From Treponemataceae bacterium (GTDB lineage Bacteria > Spirochaetota > Spirochaetia > Treponematales > Rectinemataceae): a DNA stretch of 64,000 bases. Both the position numbers and the translations under genes were made by a program. This document shows, in pieces, positions 38,664 through 49,185 of this stretch (position 1 is its first letter; each line of letters begins with the position of its first letter). The DNA is taken from NCBI GenBank assembly GCA_963678065.2, contig CAXXVZ010000003.1, forward strand, positions 640,001 through 704,000. The letters run 5' to 3'. The notes beneath the pieces were generated by a model. That model was given only the letters and a program-made list of their open reading frames with translations, searched no databases and had not been told where the DNA came from.

Positions 38664-39004
38664 GGCACCTCCGGATTGAATGTGTCGGAGCAGACAGCCT
38701 CTGGCCACGTCTTTAAGCGATCGTAGGGTGGGAAATAGCGGCCTGAGGGAATATTCGACACGATTAATATATAAATTAATATCGATATGATCAATCCCTT
38801 CTTCGCAAGAATATGGACCGGAAGAAGCGGTGTCCCGGAGCGAAGGACCGATGGCATAAGGGAAAAGCCAAGGAAAAAGTTTCATTAAAATGATGATTTT
38901 TATTGATGCTTGATTCCATCCATTGTATCATTGCGCGAATTACCATTCTCATCTGGAGGGCAAGCGTAGGTCACGTACCTCACGGTGACCAAGGCGAGGC
39001 AGGA

Positions 39005-40147
39005 ATGAAGGATATCGCATCACTCCACCGGGCCGAGTACGACGCGCCGCCCGACATAATCGCCGCGGCTCCGGGAGTCGTCAAATTTCTCGGCGAGCAG
39101 ACCGACGTTTCGGATGCACTTGTACTCGCTTCCTCCATCTCTTTCGAACTCCGGGTTGGCGTTTCCCCCCGGCGGGACTCTTCCCTCCGCTTCCTCGCCG
39201 CCGATTTCGGCGAACGCAAGCGTGCCACGGTAGGAAACCTGAAATACAAGAGGGAAGACCGCTGGGCGAACTACCCCAAGGCTGTGTACGAACTCATGGT
39301 CCGCGAAGGACTCGTCTCCAAGGGTGTCAATTTCACGATCTCGGGAGACATCCCCATCGGCCTCGGACTGGCCTCATCATCCGCCCTCGGTCTCGCCTCC
39401 GCTTTGGCCCTCAAGGAGCTTTTTGGCCTCAATTTCAAGAATGAGGCCCTCGCCGAGTTCGCGCGCCGGGCCGAATCCGAGTTCATGGAAAAACCGGTTC
39501 CTCCTCACGACTACTTTTCGGCGACTGCGCCCGGAGCGGGAACCATCTCCATCGTGGACGTCAAAAACTCGAGGCGCCGTGCGCTTCCATTCCTGTCGGA
39601 CGATTGGGCCATCGTTCTCACCGATTCCAAGGTTCCCCGAATGTCCGTGGATGCGGAACTCGCCCTGCGGAACGACGAGTGCAAACGCTGCTTTTCCATA
39701 ATTTCTGAAAATGGCCGCCGCTCCCTGCGCGACGTCAACGTCGACGAGCTGGATGACCTCATGGGTCTGCTCCCCGAAAGCGTACGCCGTCGCTGCCTCC
39801 ATGTCGTGGAAGAGCTCTCCCGCGTCAAGGAAGCGGAGGAGGCCCTGATCAAGGGAGATGCTCCCGCCTTCGGCCGTGTCATCAACAAATCCCACGCCTC
39901 CCTGCGCAATCTATTCGAAGTCTCCTGCCCCGAGATCGATTGGCTCGCCAAACGGGCAATGGAGATCGAGGGAGTGCTCTGTTCGCGCCTCACGGGCAAG
40001 GGTTTCGGCGGCTGCACCGTGTCCGTCATGAAACCTCAGGCCATTCCGGAGTACCGCAAGCGCCTCGAGGATTACGAACGCATCTTCGGATTCCGTCCGG
40101 TGATCTACGAGACTCGTGTATCGGGGGGCATGCGCATCACGGAATAA
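39005..40147 (+). CDS. Galactokinase-like GHMP kinase with divergent sugar-binding motif
   Basis: IPIGLGLASSSA, SHASLR..FEVSCPEID and SRLTGKGFGGC. N-terminal motif APGVVKFLGEQTDV departs from the GalK consensus. Confidence 0.8.
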   Translation: MKDIASLHRAEYDAPPDIIAAAPGVVKFLGEQTDVSDALVLASSISFELRVGVSPRRDSSLRFLAADFGERKRATVGNLKYKREDRWANYPKAVYELMVREGLVSKGVNFTISGDIPIGLGLASSSALGLASALALKELFGLNFKNEALAEFARRAESEFMEKPVPPHDYFSATAPGAGTISIVDVKNSRRRALPFLSDDWAIVLTDSKVPRMSVDAELALRNDECKRCFSIISENGRRSLRDVNVDELDDLMGLLPESVRRRCLHVVEELSRVKEAEEALIKGDAPAFGRVINKSHASLRNLFEVSCPEIDWLAKRAMEIEGVLCSRLTGKGFGGCTVSVMKPQAIPEYRKRLEDYERIFGFRPVIYETRVSGGMRITE

Positions 40148-40200
40148 GGTGCGGATCTATTCGTGTCCCGACAGAAACTATTTTCCCGGAGAACAAACAC

Positions 40201-40932
40201 ATGCGAATACTTGTCACAAACGACGATGGAATCAATGCTCCAGGACTTGACGCCCTGGTCCGCGCCCTGGAGCGGGACAACGAAGTCTGGGTCGTCGCTC
40301 CCGACATTCAGCGCTCGGGCGTATCTCACGCTATCACCCTCCATCACCCCGGCAAAATCCGTAAAACCGGCGAACACCGCTATTCCTGTTCCGGCACACC
40401 TGTCGATTGCGTCATCCTCGCCGGGCTCGGTGCCATCCCCTTCGTTCCCGAACTCATCATTTCCGGCATCAATGAAGGCCCGAACCTCGGGACAGACATT
40501 ATTTTTTCCGGGACCTGCGGCGCGGCGCGGCAGGCTGCGCTCAACGGAATCCCAGGCATCGCCGTCTCCTGCGCTACATACGTCGCCCCTTTCATCTACG
40601 ACGCGGCGGCAGGCTTTGTCGCGGACAACCTGAAAAAACTCGTCGCGGCATGCGTTCCGGGAATTTTCATCAACATAAACGTCCCCTCCACGAGTGACAG
40701 ATCCCTTGAGGCCGAATGGGTGGCTCCGGGAAAGAACCGCTATATGGACAAGCTCAGCTCCTTCGAAGCCCCGGACGGCTACACCTACCACTTCCTCGCC
40801 GGCGGAAAACACGAGGTCTGCGAGGAGGCATCCTGCGATCACCCGGCCATCGCCGCCGGCCGCATTTCGATAAGCCCCATCCTCGTCAATCCGCAGTCCC
40901 CCCCCGACTTTGTGGCGGGCAGACCTTTCTGA
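40201..40932 (+). CDS. surE: 5'/3'-nucleotidase SurE
   Basis: MRILVTNDDGI, GTPVDCV and SGINEGPNLG..FSGT motifs. Confidence 0.96.
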   Translation: MRILVTNDDGINAPGLDALVRALERDNEVWVVAPDIQRSGVSHAITLHHPGKIRKTGEHRYSCSGTPVDCVILAGLGAIPFVPELIISGINEGPNLGTDIIFSGTCGAARQAALNGIPGIAVSCATYVAPFIYDAAAGFVADNLKKLVAACVPGIFININVPSTSDRSLEAEWVAPGKNRYMDKLSSFEAPDGYTYHFLAGGKHEVCEEASCDHPAIAAGRISISPILVNPQSPPDFVAGRPF

Positions 40933-40993
40933 AACACGCGGCCTCGCAGTGCAAACCGCCGCATCTGTGGCTCTCTCGCGGATCATTTCCCGC

Positions 40994-41023
40994 TTGACTC
41001 GAATTCCGGGTTTCGGCTATAGT
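40994..41023 (+). promoter_or_regulatory. Sigma70 promoter of the tRNA pair
   Basis: TTGACT-18 bp-TATAGT just upstream of tRNA-Thr. Confidence 0.65.
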
Positions 41024-41039
41024 CGGCTTCGTCTTCGAG

Positions 41040-41112
41040 GCCATCTTAGCTCAGTTGGAAGAGCACGTGACTTGTAATCTCGGGGTCCTCGGTTCGATTC
41101 CGGGAGATGGCT
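41040..41112 (+). tRNA. tRNA-Thr(TGT)
   Basis: Acceptor GCCATCT/AGATGGC, D arm TAGCTCAGTTGG, anticodon loop CTTGTAA, T loop TTCGATT. CCA not encoded. Confidence 0.93.
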
Positions 41113-41144
41113 CGAGAAAGTTCTTTGATGGTTTCGTTTCCCCT

Positions 41145-41227
41145 GGGGAGATTCCCGAGTGGTCAAAGGGGGCAGACTGTAAATCTGTTGGCTTACGCCT
41201 TCGAAGGTTCAAATCCTTCTCTCCCCA
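41145..41227 (+). tRNA. tRNA-Tyr(GTA)
   Basis: Acceptor GGGGAGA/TCTCCCC, anticodon loop CTGTAAA, long variable arm, T loop TTCAAAT. Confidence 0.96.
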
Positions 41228-41230
41228 ATC

Positions 41231-41260
41231 CCTCCTCTCAGTCGAGAGGAGGTTTTTTTT
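41231..41260 (+). terminator. Rho-independent terminator after the tRNAs
   Basis: CCTCCTCTC-AGTC-GAGAGGAGG followed by T8. Confidence 0.92.
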
Positions 41261-41281
41261 CGAGCCAAGGAGTGCCGCGCA

Positions 41282-41830
41282 GTGAAGGACGAGGTGTTTT
41301 ATTCACGCGGTCTGCGCTTTGCATGCACCCGATGCTCATCCTGCTGCAGGGGTGAGCCCGGTTTCGTATTCCTCTCCCGGGACGATCTCTTTCGTCTGCT
41401 CGCTGCCCTCGGCACCGACTTCCGCAGCTTTTTCCGACACTACGCGCTACTCGTCGACACAGGCTCCGGTTTGGCTCTTTCCCTGCGAGAAAAGCCCGGC
41501 AACGACTGCATTTTCTGGTCCACATCAGGTTGTCTGGTGTATGAATCCCGCCCCATCCAATGCTCCACCTATCCCTTCTGGTCAGGGATCGCCGACTCGG
41601 CGAAGGCCTGGGCAGAGGAGAGCGTATCCTGCCCGGGGATCGGTCAGGGAGAACTTCTTCCGCGCTCCCGAATCGAAGAGGCCCTGTACGCAAGGCGCGC
41701 CGCAGGGACAATTCTCTTCCCCCATGGCTTCGATCCCGAGGTTTCAAGACTTCCCGACTTCCTTGCCGCCAAAGACGAGGCCGATGGCGAGGCGGGCAGA
41801 GTCGGCACCGGAGCCGGCGACGGCCGGTAG
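41282..41830 (+). CDS. YkgJ family Cys-cluster protein
   Basis: FACTRCSSCC, DCIF, CLVYESRPIQCSTYPFW and CPGIG motifs. Confidence 0.88.
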   Translation: MKDEVFYSRGLRFACTRCSSCCRGEPGFVFLSRDDLFRLLAALGTDFRSFFRHYALLVDTGSGLALSLREKPGNDCIFWSTSGCLVYESRPIQCSTYPFWSGIADSAKAWAEESVSCPGIGQGELLPRSRIEEALYARRAAGTILFPHGFDPEVSRLPDFLAAKDEADGEAGRVGTGAGDGR

Positions 41831-41834
41831 CGCC

Positions 41835-42155
41835 ATGGCCGTCCACAGCTTCGCCGCACCCTCCGGCCCGCCTGTTTCCCTGACAGCCGACAAACCAGAG
41901 ACCTTGCGCATCGAGATGACACTCGACGAGGCCGTCTCTCTCTATCGGCTTCTCGCCGACTCGGACAGGCAACTCGACGGTCGCCAGCTCGGCCTGGTGC
42001 GGGAACTCAGGGACTTCCTGCATTCTCGACTCTCCCTGCGCGAGATCGAGGGAGAGGATCAGGATGGGGGCCTTGAAGGCGCGAAGTCCCTCTTGCCGGA
42101 AATCCGGGAACCCGTTTCCGGTGCGGAACCACGGAAGCCGACGGAGCAGCGATGA
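41835..42155 (+). CDS. Small hypothetical protein
   Basis: Fills the gap between the YkgJ gene and mltG; its stop overlaps the mltG ATG. No motif recognised. Confidence 0.4.
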   Translation: MAVHSFAAPSGPPVSLTADKPETLRIEMTLDEAVSLYRLLADSDRQLDGRQLGLVRELRDFLHSRLSLREIEGEDQDGGLEGAKSLLPEIREPVSGAEPRKPTEQR

Positions 42156-43186
42156 AAAAACACGCCGGAGCTGCCATGAAAACAATTGCCCTCGGTGCAG
42201 GCATCCTCGCCGCTATCCTTATCATCCTCATGCTCGGGCTTGCGTTCATCCCCATCTCCGGAATTCCGTCCGGCGGGAAAATATACAAGGTCGAAAAGGG
42301 GGAAGGGGCCGCCATCCTCGCGCGAGGCCTTGAATCCGAAGGCCTCATCCGCTCCGCCGTAGTCTTCATGATCGCCGCGCGCCTCGGCGGCGCGAGCTCT
42401 TCCCTCAAGGCAGGCACCTACAAGCTCGAACCAGGCATGAACCTCGTCGCCGTCCTCTCCGCCATCGCGAACGGTCGACAGTACACGGTGCGGATAACCA
42501 TTCCCGAGGGGTACACAGCCCGGATGATCGCGGGCATGCTCGCGGAGGCAGGCATCGTGAGGAAGGATGAGTTCCTCTCGGCGGTCACGGACAGAAAACT
42601 CTGTACAAGCCTCGGCGTACCGGCTTCCAGCCTCGAAGGTTACCTCTTTCCGGACACGTATTTTTTCCCGCCCGAAGCGGATGCGCGGGAAGTGGCGGGG
42701 CGCATGGTCGGGGCTTTCAGGGAAAGGCTCTCTGAGTTTCCGGAGGCCTCCTCCATGGACCCGGTCAAACTGCATGAGACAGTGATACTCGCCTCCATCA
42801 TCGAGCGTGAATACCGTATCCCCTCCGACGCTCCCCTCATGGCCTCCGTTTTCCTGAACCGACTGGCTATCGGCATGCGTCTCCAGTCCTGCGCGACCGT
42901 CGTCTATGTCATCACCGAAAAAGAGGGCAAGCCCCATCCCGAGATCGTGACCCGGAAGGACCTGACCATACCCGACGCCTACAATACATACCTGCACAAG
43001 GGGCTTCCGCCGGGACCCATCTCGAATCCGGGCATGACTTCCTTCAGGGCAGTATTCTTTCCGGCAAAAACACCGTACTTTTACTTCAGGCTGACCGATC
43101 CCGCCACGGGCAGCCACCGTTTCTCCAGAACACTGGATGAACATGTCGATACGGGATCTTACATCGTCAAGAAACCGGGGAAGTGA
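42152..43186 (+). CDS. mltG: Endolytic transglycosylase MltG
   Basis: LKAGTY, ITIPEG, LEGYLFPDTY, ASIIERE and YNTY..GLPPGPISNPG motifs. Confidence 0.95.
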   Translation: MKKHAGAAMKTIALGAGILAAILIILMLGLAFIPISGIPSGGKIYKVEKGEGAAILARGLESEGLIRSAVVFMIAARLGGASSSLKAGTYKLEPGMNLVAVLSAIANGRQYTVRITIPEGYTARMIAGMLAEAGIVRKDEFLSAVTDRKLCTSLGVPASSLEGYLFPDTYFFPPEADAREVAGRMVGAFRERLSEFPEASSMDPVKLHETVILASIIEREYRIPSDAPLMASVFLNRLAIGMRLQSCATVVYVITEKEGKPHPEIVTRKDLTIPDAYNTYLHKGLPPGPISNPGMTSFRAVFFPAKTPYFYFRLTDPATGSHRFSRTLDEHVDTGSYIVKKPGK

Positions 43187-44991
43187 TGTCTCGAATACCC
43201 GAAAGCGTCATCGGCGAGATACTTCAGAAAACGGATGCGGTCGCAGTCATCGGAGACAAGGTCCGTCTGGCCAAAAAGGGAGGACGCTGGATCGGGCTCT
43301 GTCCTTTCCATGGCGAGAAGACTCCCTCGTTTTCCGTGGACGCCGACAAGGGACTCTTCTACTGTTTCGGCTGCCACAAGGGTGGCAGTGTCGTCGACTT
43401 TCTCATGGAGCTCGACAAGCTGAACTACCGGGAAGCCCTCGAGGAGCTCGCTTCCCGCGCGGGAGTCGTCATCCCCGCGGACAGACAGGAAGATCCGGCA
43501 GAGGACAGGGAAAGAAAATCTCTCTATGAGCTCCACGAGAGACTGGCCGGAACCTTTCACTGGTTCCTCACTTCCCATCCTTCAGGCGAACGGACAAAAG
43601 AGATTCTCCTCTCCCGAGGCCTGTCCACATCGATCATCGAGGATTTTCGCCTCGGCTACGCGCCGGCCGACCCCCGCTGGCTCTATGGTTTTCTCTCATC
43701 GAAAGGCTATTCCGCGGACTTTCTCTCAAGGACAGGACTCTTCGGCGGCAGGACGGGGACGTGGCCGATTTTCACCGACAGGATGATGTTTCCCATCGCC
43801 GACAATAGGGGAAAGGTCATCGCCTTCGGCGGACGCCTCCTCGGAGGCGATGGTCCCAAATACCTCAATAGCCCCGAAACAGCCATCTTCAAGAAACACG
43901 ACACGCTCTTCGCCCTGGACAAGGCCCTTTCCGCCATCAAGAAAGAGAGCCGGGTGCTCATCTGCGAAGGATATATGGACGCGCTCTCCTTCCACGCGGC
44001 CGGGCTCGGTTTCGCTGTCGCCCCTCTCGGCACCGCCTTCACGCCGAGCCAGGCCCGTCAGCTCAAACGCTGGAGCGACACCGTCATACTCTGTTTCGAT
44101 GCCGACGAGGCGGGCCGGAAGGCGGCCGAACGCTCCTGCGCCATCGCCGCCGCCGCTGGACTGGACGTGAAAGTCGCCAGAATGCAGGGTGGAAAGGACG
44201 CTTCCGAAATTCTGGAAAAAGTCGGAGGCGAAGCATTGAAAAAAATCCCGGATTCCACTATAAATGGAGGGGATTTTCTCGTACGGCGCGCACGGGAGCT
44301 TTTTGACGTCTCCACAGTGGAAGGCAAATCGAAAGCCATCGGTTTTTTGTACCCTTATATCGGAGCGCTGGACTCCGAAGTAAAACGTTCCGCATTTATC
44401 GAGTCAGCCTCGCGTGAGCTGGGAGCGAACCCCGTCTCCGTGCGGGCGGACTATGAGAGTGCGGCCCGTACTGGAGCGCAGAGGGGCCAGGCGCGCGAAC
44501 GGGACCATGCGGAGATAGAGACTTCCCAGGCGGGGATGCCTGCCCGGACGGGGGACCTCGTCCTTCTTTCGGCCCTCGTGCTCAATCCCGAACGTTTCGG
44601 CGGGATACGCGAGTCGCTTGTGCCGGGCGATCTCGACGATGCGCGTGCGAGAGACCTGTATTTCGCCCTCGAGGAATCCTGGCGGGCGGGGGAGAGGAGC
44701 GTGGAAGCCGCGCTCGCGCGTGTCGGCGACGAAGCTGCCCGGCGCTTCGTGCTCTCCGTCGCCGCTGCAGGCGAACTGTCGGCCAATGCTGACAGATTTA
44801 TCGACGATGGCCTCGCCGTCGTCAAGAGACGGACTCTGGAACGGAGGAGGGAACGATTGCTGTCTGCCATGGCGCACCCCGATGCCTCTGAAGACGGAGA
44901 CGGTCCGTCCCTCAATGATCTCCTGTACGAGAAAATGACACTCGACACAGAGCTTGCTGCACTTAAAGGTGAGGTTGATGAACGATCTTGA
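43186..44991 (+). CDS. dnaG: DNA primase
   Basis: Zn finger [25 protein letters not shown] and FDADEAG motifs. Confidence 0.98.
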   Translation: MSRIPESVIGEILQKTDAVAVIGDKVRLAKKGGRWIGLCPFHGEKTPSFSVDADKGLFYCFGCHKGGSVVDFLMELDKLNYREALEELASRAGVVIPADRQEDPAEDRERKSLYELHERLAGTFHWFLTSHPSGERTKEILLSRGLSTSIIEDFRLGYAPADPRWLYGFLSSKGYSADFLSRTGLFGGRTGTWPIFTDRMMFPIADNRGKVIAFGGRLLGGDGPKYLNSPETAIFKKHDTLFALDKALSAIKKESRVLICEGYMDALSFHAAGLGFAVAPLGTAFTPSQARQLKRWSDTVILCFDADEAGRKAAERSCAIAAAAGLDVKVARMQGGKDASEILEKVGGEALKKIPDSTINGGDFLVRRARELFDVSTVEGKSKAIGFLYPYIGALDSEVKRSAFIESASRELGANPVSVRADYESAARTGAQRGQARERDHAEIETSQAGMPARTGDLVLLSALVLNPERFGGIRESLVPGDLDDARARDLYFALEESWRAGERSVEAALARVGDEAARRFVLSVAAAGELSANADRFIDDGLAVVKRRTLERRRERLLSAMAHPDASEDGDGPSLNDLLYEKMTLDTELAALKGEVDERS

Positions 44992-46702
44992 ACTTGATCC
45001 CGCGATCGCGAAGCTCCTCGAATACGCGAAAACCAAAAAATCCATAAGCTTCGACGAACTTTCGGATTTCCTCCCCGAGTCGATTCTCAACTCCGACAAG
45101 ATAGACGGTATCCTCGCCCTCCTGGAGAGCAACAACATCCAGCTCGAGGAAGAAGAAATCCAGGTCGAAGAAGAGCCAGCGGCAAAACGTGAGGTCGAGA
45201 AAAAGCGACTGGTCTACAACGACAAGGAATCCTCGGTCGACGATCCGATCCGGCTTTACCTCCGGGAGATCGGCAAGGAGAACCTCCTCACCGCCGAACA
45301 GGAAGTCGAGCTCTCCAAATCCATGGAGGAGGGCGAGGAGATCATAAAGAGGATCATCCTCAAGTCCGGCGTTCTCATCCCGGAATTCCACGTGATCGCC
45401 GTCAAGGCGACGCGGCGCGATTCCAAGGATTCATCCAATCTTCGCAAGGAAAACACTGAAAAAATCGCCGAAAGACGGCGTCTCAACCAGTTTTACCGCG
45501 ACATCATCCGTGATTGCCTTGTTGAGCTGAAGGAGTATGTCGAAATCAAGCGACGCATCGTGTCGCGCGGCGGCGACGTGTTCTCCGACCAGGATCTCAC
45601 CCAGCGAAGAAACACCCTCCTGGCCCGGATCGCTGTCGCGGAGATACACCCGGAGGAGATCAACAGCTTCTCCGAGAAGTTCATCAACGCCGCGCGCAAG
45701 ATCCGGAAATACCGCAAGGAGCAGGAACGCCTCGAGCGCATCCTCAACATAAGCTCGGTAAAGGAACTCAGGACTCTCGGCCGCAATCTCACCGTAAAGG
45801 AAAAGCGGACAGAAATCGAAGAATACCTCGGCCTGTCCTCCGATGAAATAAAGGAGAAGATCCGCCAGGTCCAGGTCACCGAGAAAAAACTCAAGGAGTA
45901 CGAAATCTCCTTCGAGTCCGACTGCGATCACATCATCATCATGGCCAAGGAGATAAACCGTGGCCGCATCATGATGAAGAACGCCAAGGACCGCCTGATC
46001 AAGGCCAACCTCAGGCTCGTCGTCTCGATCGCCAAGAAATACACCAACCGCGGACTCCACTTCTTCGACCTTGTCCAGGAAGGCAACATCGGCCTCATCA
46101 AGGCAGTCGAGAAGTTCGAGTACCGCAAGGGCTACAAGTTCTCGACCTACGCCACCTGGTGGATACGCCAGGCCATCACCCGCTCCATCTCCGACCAGGC
46201 GAGGACGATCCGCGTGCCTGTCCACATGATCGAGCAGATCAACAAGGTCGTGCGCGAATCCAGGCAACTCATGCAGAAACTAGGGCGGGAGCCTACGGAC
46301 GAGGAAGTCGCCGGCCAGCTCGGCTGGCCTGTTTCCCGCGTCAAGAGCGTCAAGAACGTCGCCCGCGAACCGATTTCCCTCGAGACACCTATCGGCGAGG
46401 ACGAGGATTCCCTTCTCGGCGATTTCATCGAAGACAAAGAAGTCGAGAACCCCTCCGTCCAGACCGACTACAAGCTCCTCCAGGAGCAGATTCGCTCCGT
46501 CCTCTCCACGCTCCCCCCCCGCGAGCAAGAGGTTCTGCGCATGCGCTTCGGCCTCGACGACGGGTATTCTCTCACGCTGGAAGAGGTGGGGCTCTACTTC
46601 AACGTCACCCGCGAGCGTATCCGCCAGATCGAGGCGAAGGCGCTCAAAAAACTCAGACATTTCAAACGGAGCCAGAAGCTCCGCGATTACATGGATCATT
46701 AG
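44978..46702 (+). CDS. rpoD: RNA polymerase sigma-70 factor
   Basis: [39 protein letters not shown] and TRERIRQIE. Follows dnaG. Confidence 0.98.
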   Translation: MNDLELDPAIAKLLEYAKTKKSISFDELSDFLPESILNSDKIDGILALLESNNIQLEEEEIQVEEEPAAKREVEKKRLVYNDKESSVDDPIRLYLREIGKENLLTAEQEVELSKSMEEGEEIIKRIILKSGVLIPEFHVIAVKATRRDSKDSSNLRKENTEKIAERRRLNQFYRDIIRDCLVELKEYVEIKRRIVSRGGDVFSDQDLTQRRNTLLARIAVAEIHPEEINSFSEKFINAARKIRKYRKEQERLERILNISSVKELRTLGRNLTVKEKRTEIEEYLGLSSDEIKEKIRQVQVTEKKLKEYEISFESDCDHIIIMAKEINRGRIMMKNAKDRLIKANLRLVVSIAKKYTNRGLHFFDLVQEGNIGLIKAVEKFEYRKGYKFSTYATWWIRQAITRSISDQARTIRVPVHMIEQINKVVRESRQLMQKLGREPTDEEVAGQLGWPVSRVKSVKNVAREPISLETPIGEDEDSLLGDFIEDKEVENPSVQTDYKLLQEQIRSVLSTLPPREQEVLRMRFGLDDGYSLTLEEVGLYFNVTRERIRQIEAKALKKLRHFKRSQKLRDYMDH

Positions 46703-46716
46703 GCGAGGTGCCCCAC

Positions 46717-47580
46717 ATGCTGATGGAAGAACGACTACAGAAACTTGAAGAATACCAGGCCATACTCACCAGGCGCGTAGCCGTCGAGAAAGAAGTCCAC
46801 GAGATCCCGAAGGCGCTGGATGTCCAGATCGAGCTTCTTACCAGGATCAAGCGCTCCTATTCCGAGAAGGCACAGGCCTTCGCCACCGCTGAGACACGCG
46901 TGCGCGAACTGCGCCAGCTTCTCGCCGAAGCCGAGGCCACGCGCGAAACGGCCGAAAAACAGATGGACGTCATCAAGACCCAGCGCGAGTACGAGGCCCT
47001 CAACAAGGAAATCCGCGACGCGACAGAGCACGAGCACTCGTACCGCAAGGATCTCCAGAGAGAGGAGCGCGATCTCGCCGAACTCGAGGAGTCCCTTCGC
47101 CGCGAAGAATCCATGATCCAGCTCCAGGAGTCCGAGATCGCCGAGAAGAGCGAGAGGATCAACGCCGAGAAGGATTCCAAGCTGGCGGAAATCACGGAAC
47201 TCACGGTGCAGGGGGCGGAGGTCTCCGAGGGCATCGAAAAGGAAATCCTCGACAAATTCGAGAGGATCATCAGGTCAAAACAGAATGTCGGCATCGTCAA
47301 CATCAAAGGCTGTGTCTGTACGGGATGCTACATGGTCCTGCCCGCCCAGTTTGTCAACGATGTCCGCCAGCAGAACAAGATCGTTTTCTGCCCCTACTGC
47401 TCCCGCGTACTCAAATACCAGGAAACCGGAGATCAGGAGGGAGACCAGCTCTTCATCGACATCGAGTCGGGATCCCTTTCGGACCTCGAGGACTATGCCG
47501 AGGAGGGCGAGGACGACTCCTACGACGAGGATTCCGATGACGACGACAAGGATTCTCCGATGGACGATTCGGAGAACTGA
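46717..47580 (+). CDS. Coiled-coil C4 zinc-ribbon protein (DUF164-like) with acidic tail
   Basis: Long heptad region, CTGC...CPYCSRVL, and a D/E-rich C-terminus. Confidence 0.88.
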   Translation: MLMEERLQKLEEYQAILTRRVAVEKEVHEIPKALDVQIELLTRIKRSYSEKAQAFATAETRVRELRQLLAEAEATRETAEKQMDVIKTQREYEALNKEIRDATEHEHSYRKDLQREERDLAELEESLRREESMIQLQESEIAEKSERINAEKDSKLAEITELTVQGAEVSEGIEKEILDKFERIIRSKQNVGIVNIKGCVCTGCYMVLPAQFVNDVRQQNKIVFCPYCSRVLKYQETGDQEGDQLFIDIESGSLSDLEDYAEEGEDDSYDEDSDDDDKDSPMDDSEN

Positions 47581-47598
47581 TTGCATAGTGTAGTAATA

Positions 47599-48109
47599 GG
47601 CGGGCCGTGCCGCCGCTTCGCGTCCGGTGACGGGCGTGGAGAGGAAAGTCCGGGCTCGATAGAGTGCGATGCCGGGTAACACCCGGGCTTCGGATCTGAC
47701 CGGTCCCCGAAAGGGAGCCAAGGCGGATTCCGGGGACAGAGAGCGCCACAGAAAACAAACCGCCGGACGCGATGGCAGGGGCGCAAGCCCCGAACATTGC
47801 GAGGTAAGGGTGAAAAGGTGGGGTAAGAGCCCACCGCGGAACTGGCAACGGTTCCGGCATGGCAAGCCTCGTCGCGAGCAAGGCCGAGCAGCGAAGGGTT
47901 ACTCGCCCCGCGCCACCGCACCGTTTCCCCGGGTATGCCTTCGGGCGATCCGGGAGGCAGCCGATGGTGCAATTCGCGGGTAGGTCGCTTGATTCCGGGG
48001 GAGACTCCGGGACCAGATGGATGGCGGCAGCCTCGTCGCGGTGGATCGGGTTTCCGAAAGGAAACGCGGTTTCTTCGGCGGGGAACAGAACCCGGCTTAC
48101 AGGTCCGCC
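47599..48109 (+). ncRNA. rnpB: RNase P RNA (type A)
   Basis: GAGGAAAGTCCGGGCTC, GCCACAGAAA, GGGTGAAA..GGTAAGAG and AGAACCCGGCTTA conserved regions. P1 GGCGGGCC/GGTCCGCC; T-run follows. Confidence 0.96.
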
Positions 48110-48196
48110 TTTTTTTGAAAGTCCATCTTCATTGACGATATGGTGCTTAGTATGGTAAATGTTTCTCTGACAATACTGTGGCGCAAGTAGGCCCGA

Positions 48197-49168
48197 ATGA
48201 AATTTTTCTCCGGAACCCGGATCAAGCCTCCTGTCGACTATATTTCCCGGCGCCGCCGCATGCGCATCGCCGTTATCCTTTCCGCCCTTGCCATCCTCGC
48301 CTTCGCTCTCTCCGTAGTTGGCGCGGCCATCGACAGAGGTCCATTTTCCTCTGCGGGAGGTTCAAGGCCCGTACCGAAATCCGCGATACTGAACCAGTGG
48401 AAGGCGAAGGACTACGACACAGTCCTCCAGTCCACCGGGAACTCCCTGGGTGCGCGCCCCATCGACCCATTCTACCTTGTCTTCAACGGGCTCGCTTCCT
48501 TCTACAAGGCGGTGGCCATGCCGGAGAGCGATGAGCGCACCGCACTCCTCGACAACACTGTTGTATCGATCCGAAAGGCGCTCTCGTCGGGCAGGAAGAT
48601 GCCGGTGCGCGCCCAGGCTGAATATGTGCTCGGCAAGGCTTACTACCACAAAGGCTCCGACTACTACGACCTCGCGGCAGTCTATCTGGAAGCTTCTGTC
48701 GGGCATGGCTATGTCGCAAATGACAGCCATGAATACCTTGGAGCGCTGTATGCCGGTCTCGGCCAGAGCGCGAAGGCGATCGGCCACTTCGAAAAAGCGC
48801 TGGAAGTGGGGAAATCAGACCTTCTCCTCCTCTCGACGGCCAAAGCCTATGCCGAGGCCGGAGAGAACGGAAAATCCGAAGCCCTTCTCCAGGAGATTAT
48901 CTCCACGGGAACCGATGCGCTGATCCGCGAGAAAGCCGGCCTTCTTCTCGGCAACATTTTCCGGGGCCGAAGGGAGTTCGCGCGCGCGGAAGAGTTCTTC
49001 AACGCCGTCCTGTCCAAAAATCCGGATTCCGCGGATGCGTACTACAATCTGGGGCTCGTCTACCAGGATAAAGGCGATCCGGTCCGCGCGCGCGCAGCCT
49101 GGAGAAAGGCGGTGTCCATCGATCCGATGCACCAGGCGTCACGACAGAAACTGAGCGAAAAGCTCTGA
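48197..49168 (+). CDS. Membrane-anchored TPR protein
   Basis: N-terminal TM; TPR units [14 protein letters not shown] and AYYNLGLVY. Confidence 0.85.
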   Translation: MKFFSGTRIKPPVDYISRRRRMRIAVILSALAILAFALSVVGAAIDRGPFSSAGGSRPVPKSAILNQWKAKDYDTVLQSTGNSLGARPIDPFYLVFNGLASFYKAVAMPESDERTALLDNTVVSIRKALSSGRKMPVRAQAEYVLGKAYYHKGSDYYDLAAVYLEASVGHGYVANDSHEYLGALYAGLGQSAKAIGHFEKALEVGKSDLLLLSTAKAYAEAGENGKSEALLQEIISTGTDALIREKAGLLLGNIFRGRREFARAEEFFNAVLSKNPDSADAYYNLGLVYQDKGDPVRARAAWRKAVSIDPMHQASRQKLSEKL

Positions 49169-49185
49169 TCATTCAGGAGGAAACA

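Noticed and set aside
38755..38790. AT-rich quasi-palindrome (ATTAAT-ATATAA-ATTAAT) upstream of the hydrogenase operon as a Rex site
   Set aside because: It does not match the Rex TTGTGAA-n4-TTCACAA pattern and may simply be promoter sequence.
41040..41260. tRNA pair as an island integration site
   Set aside because: No integrase and no duplicated tRNA 3' end were seen, and the flanks are core genes.
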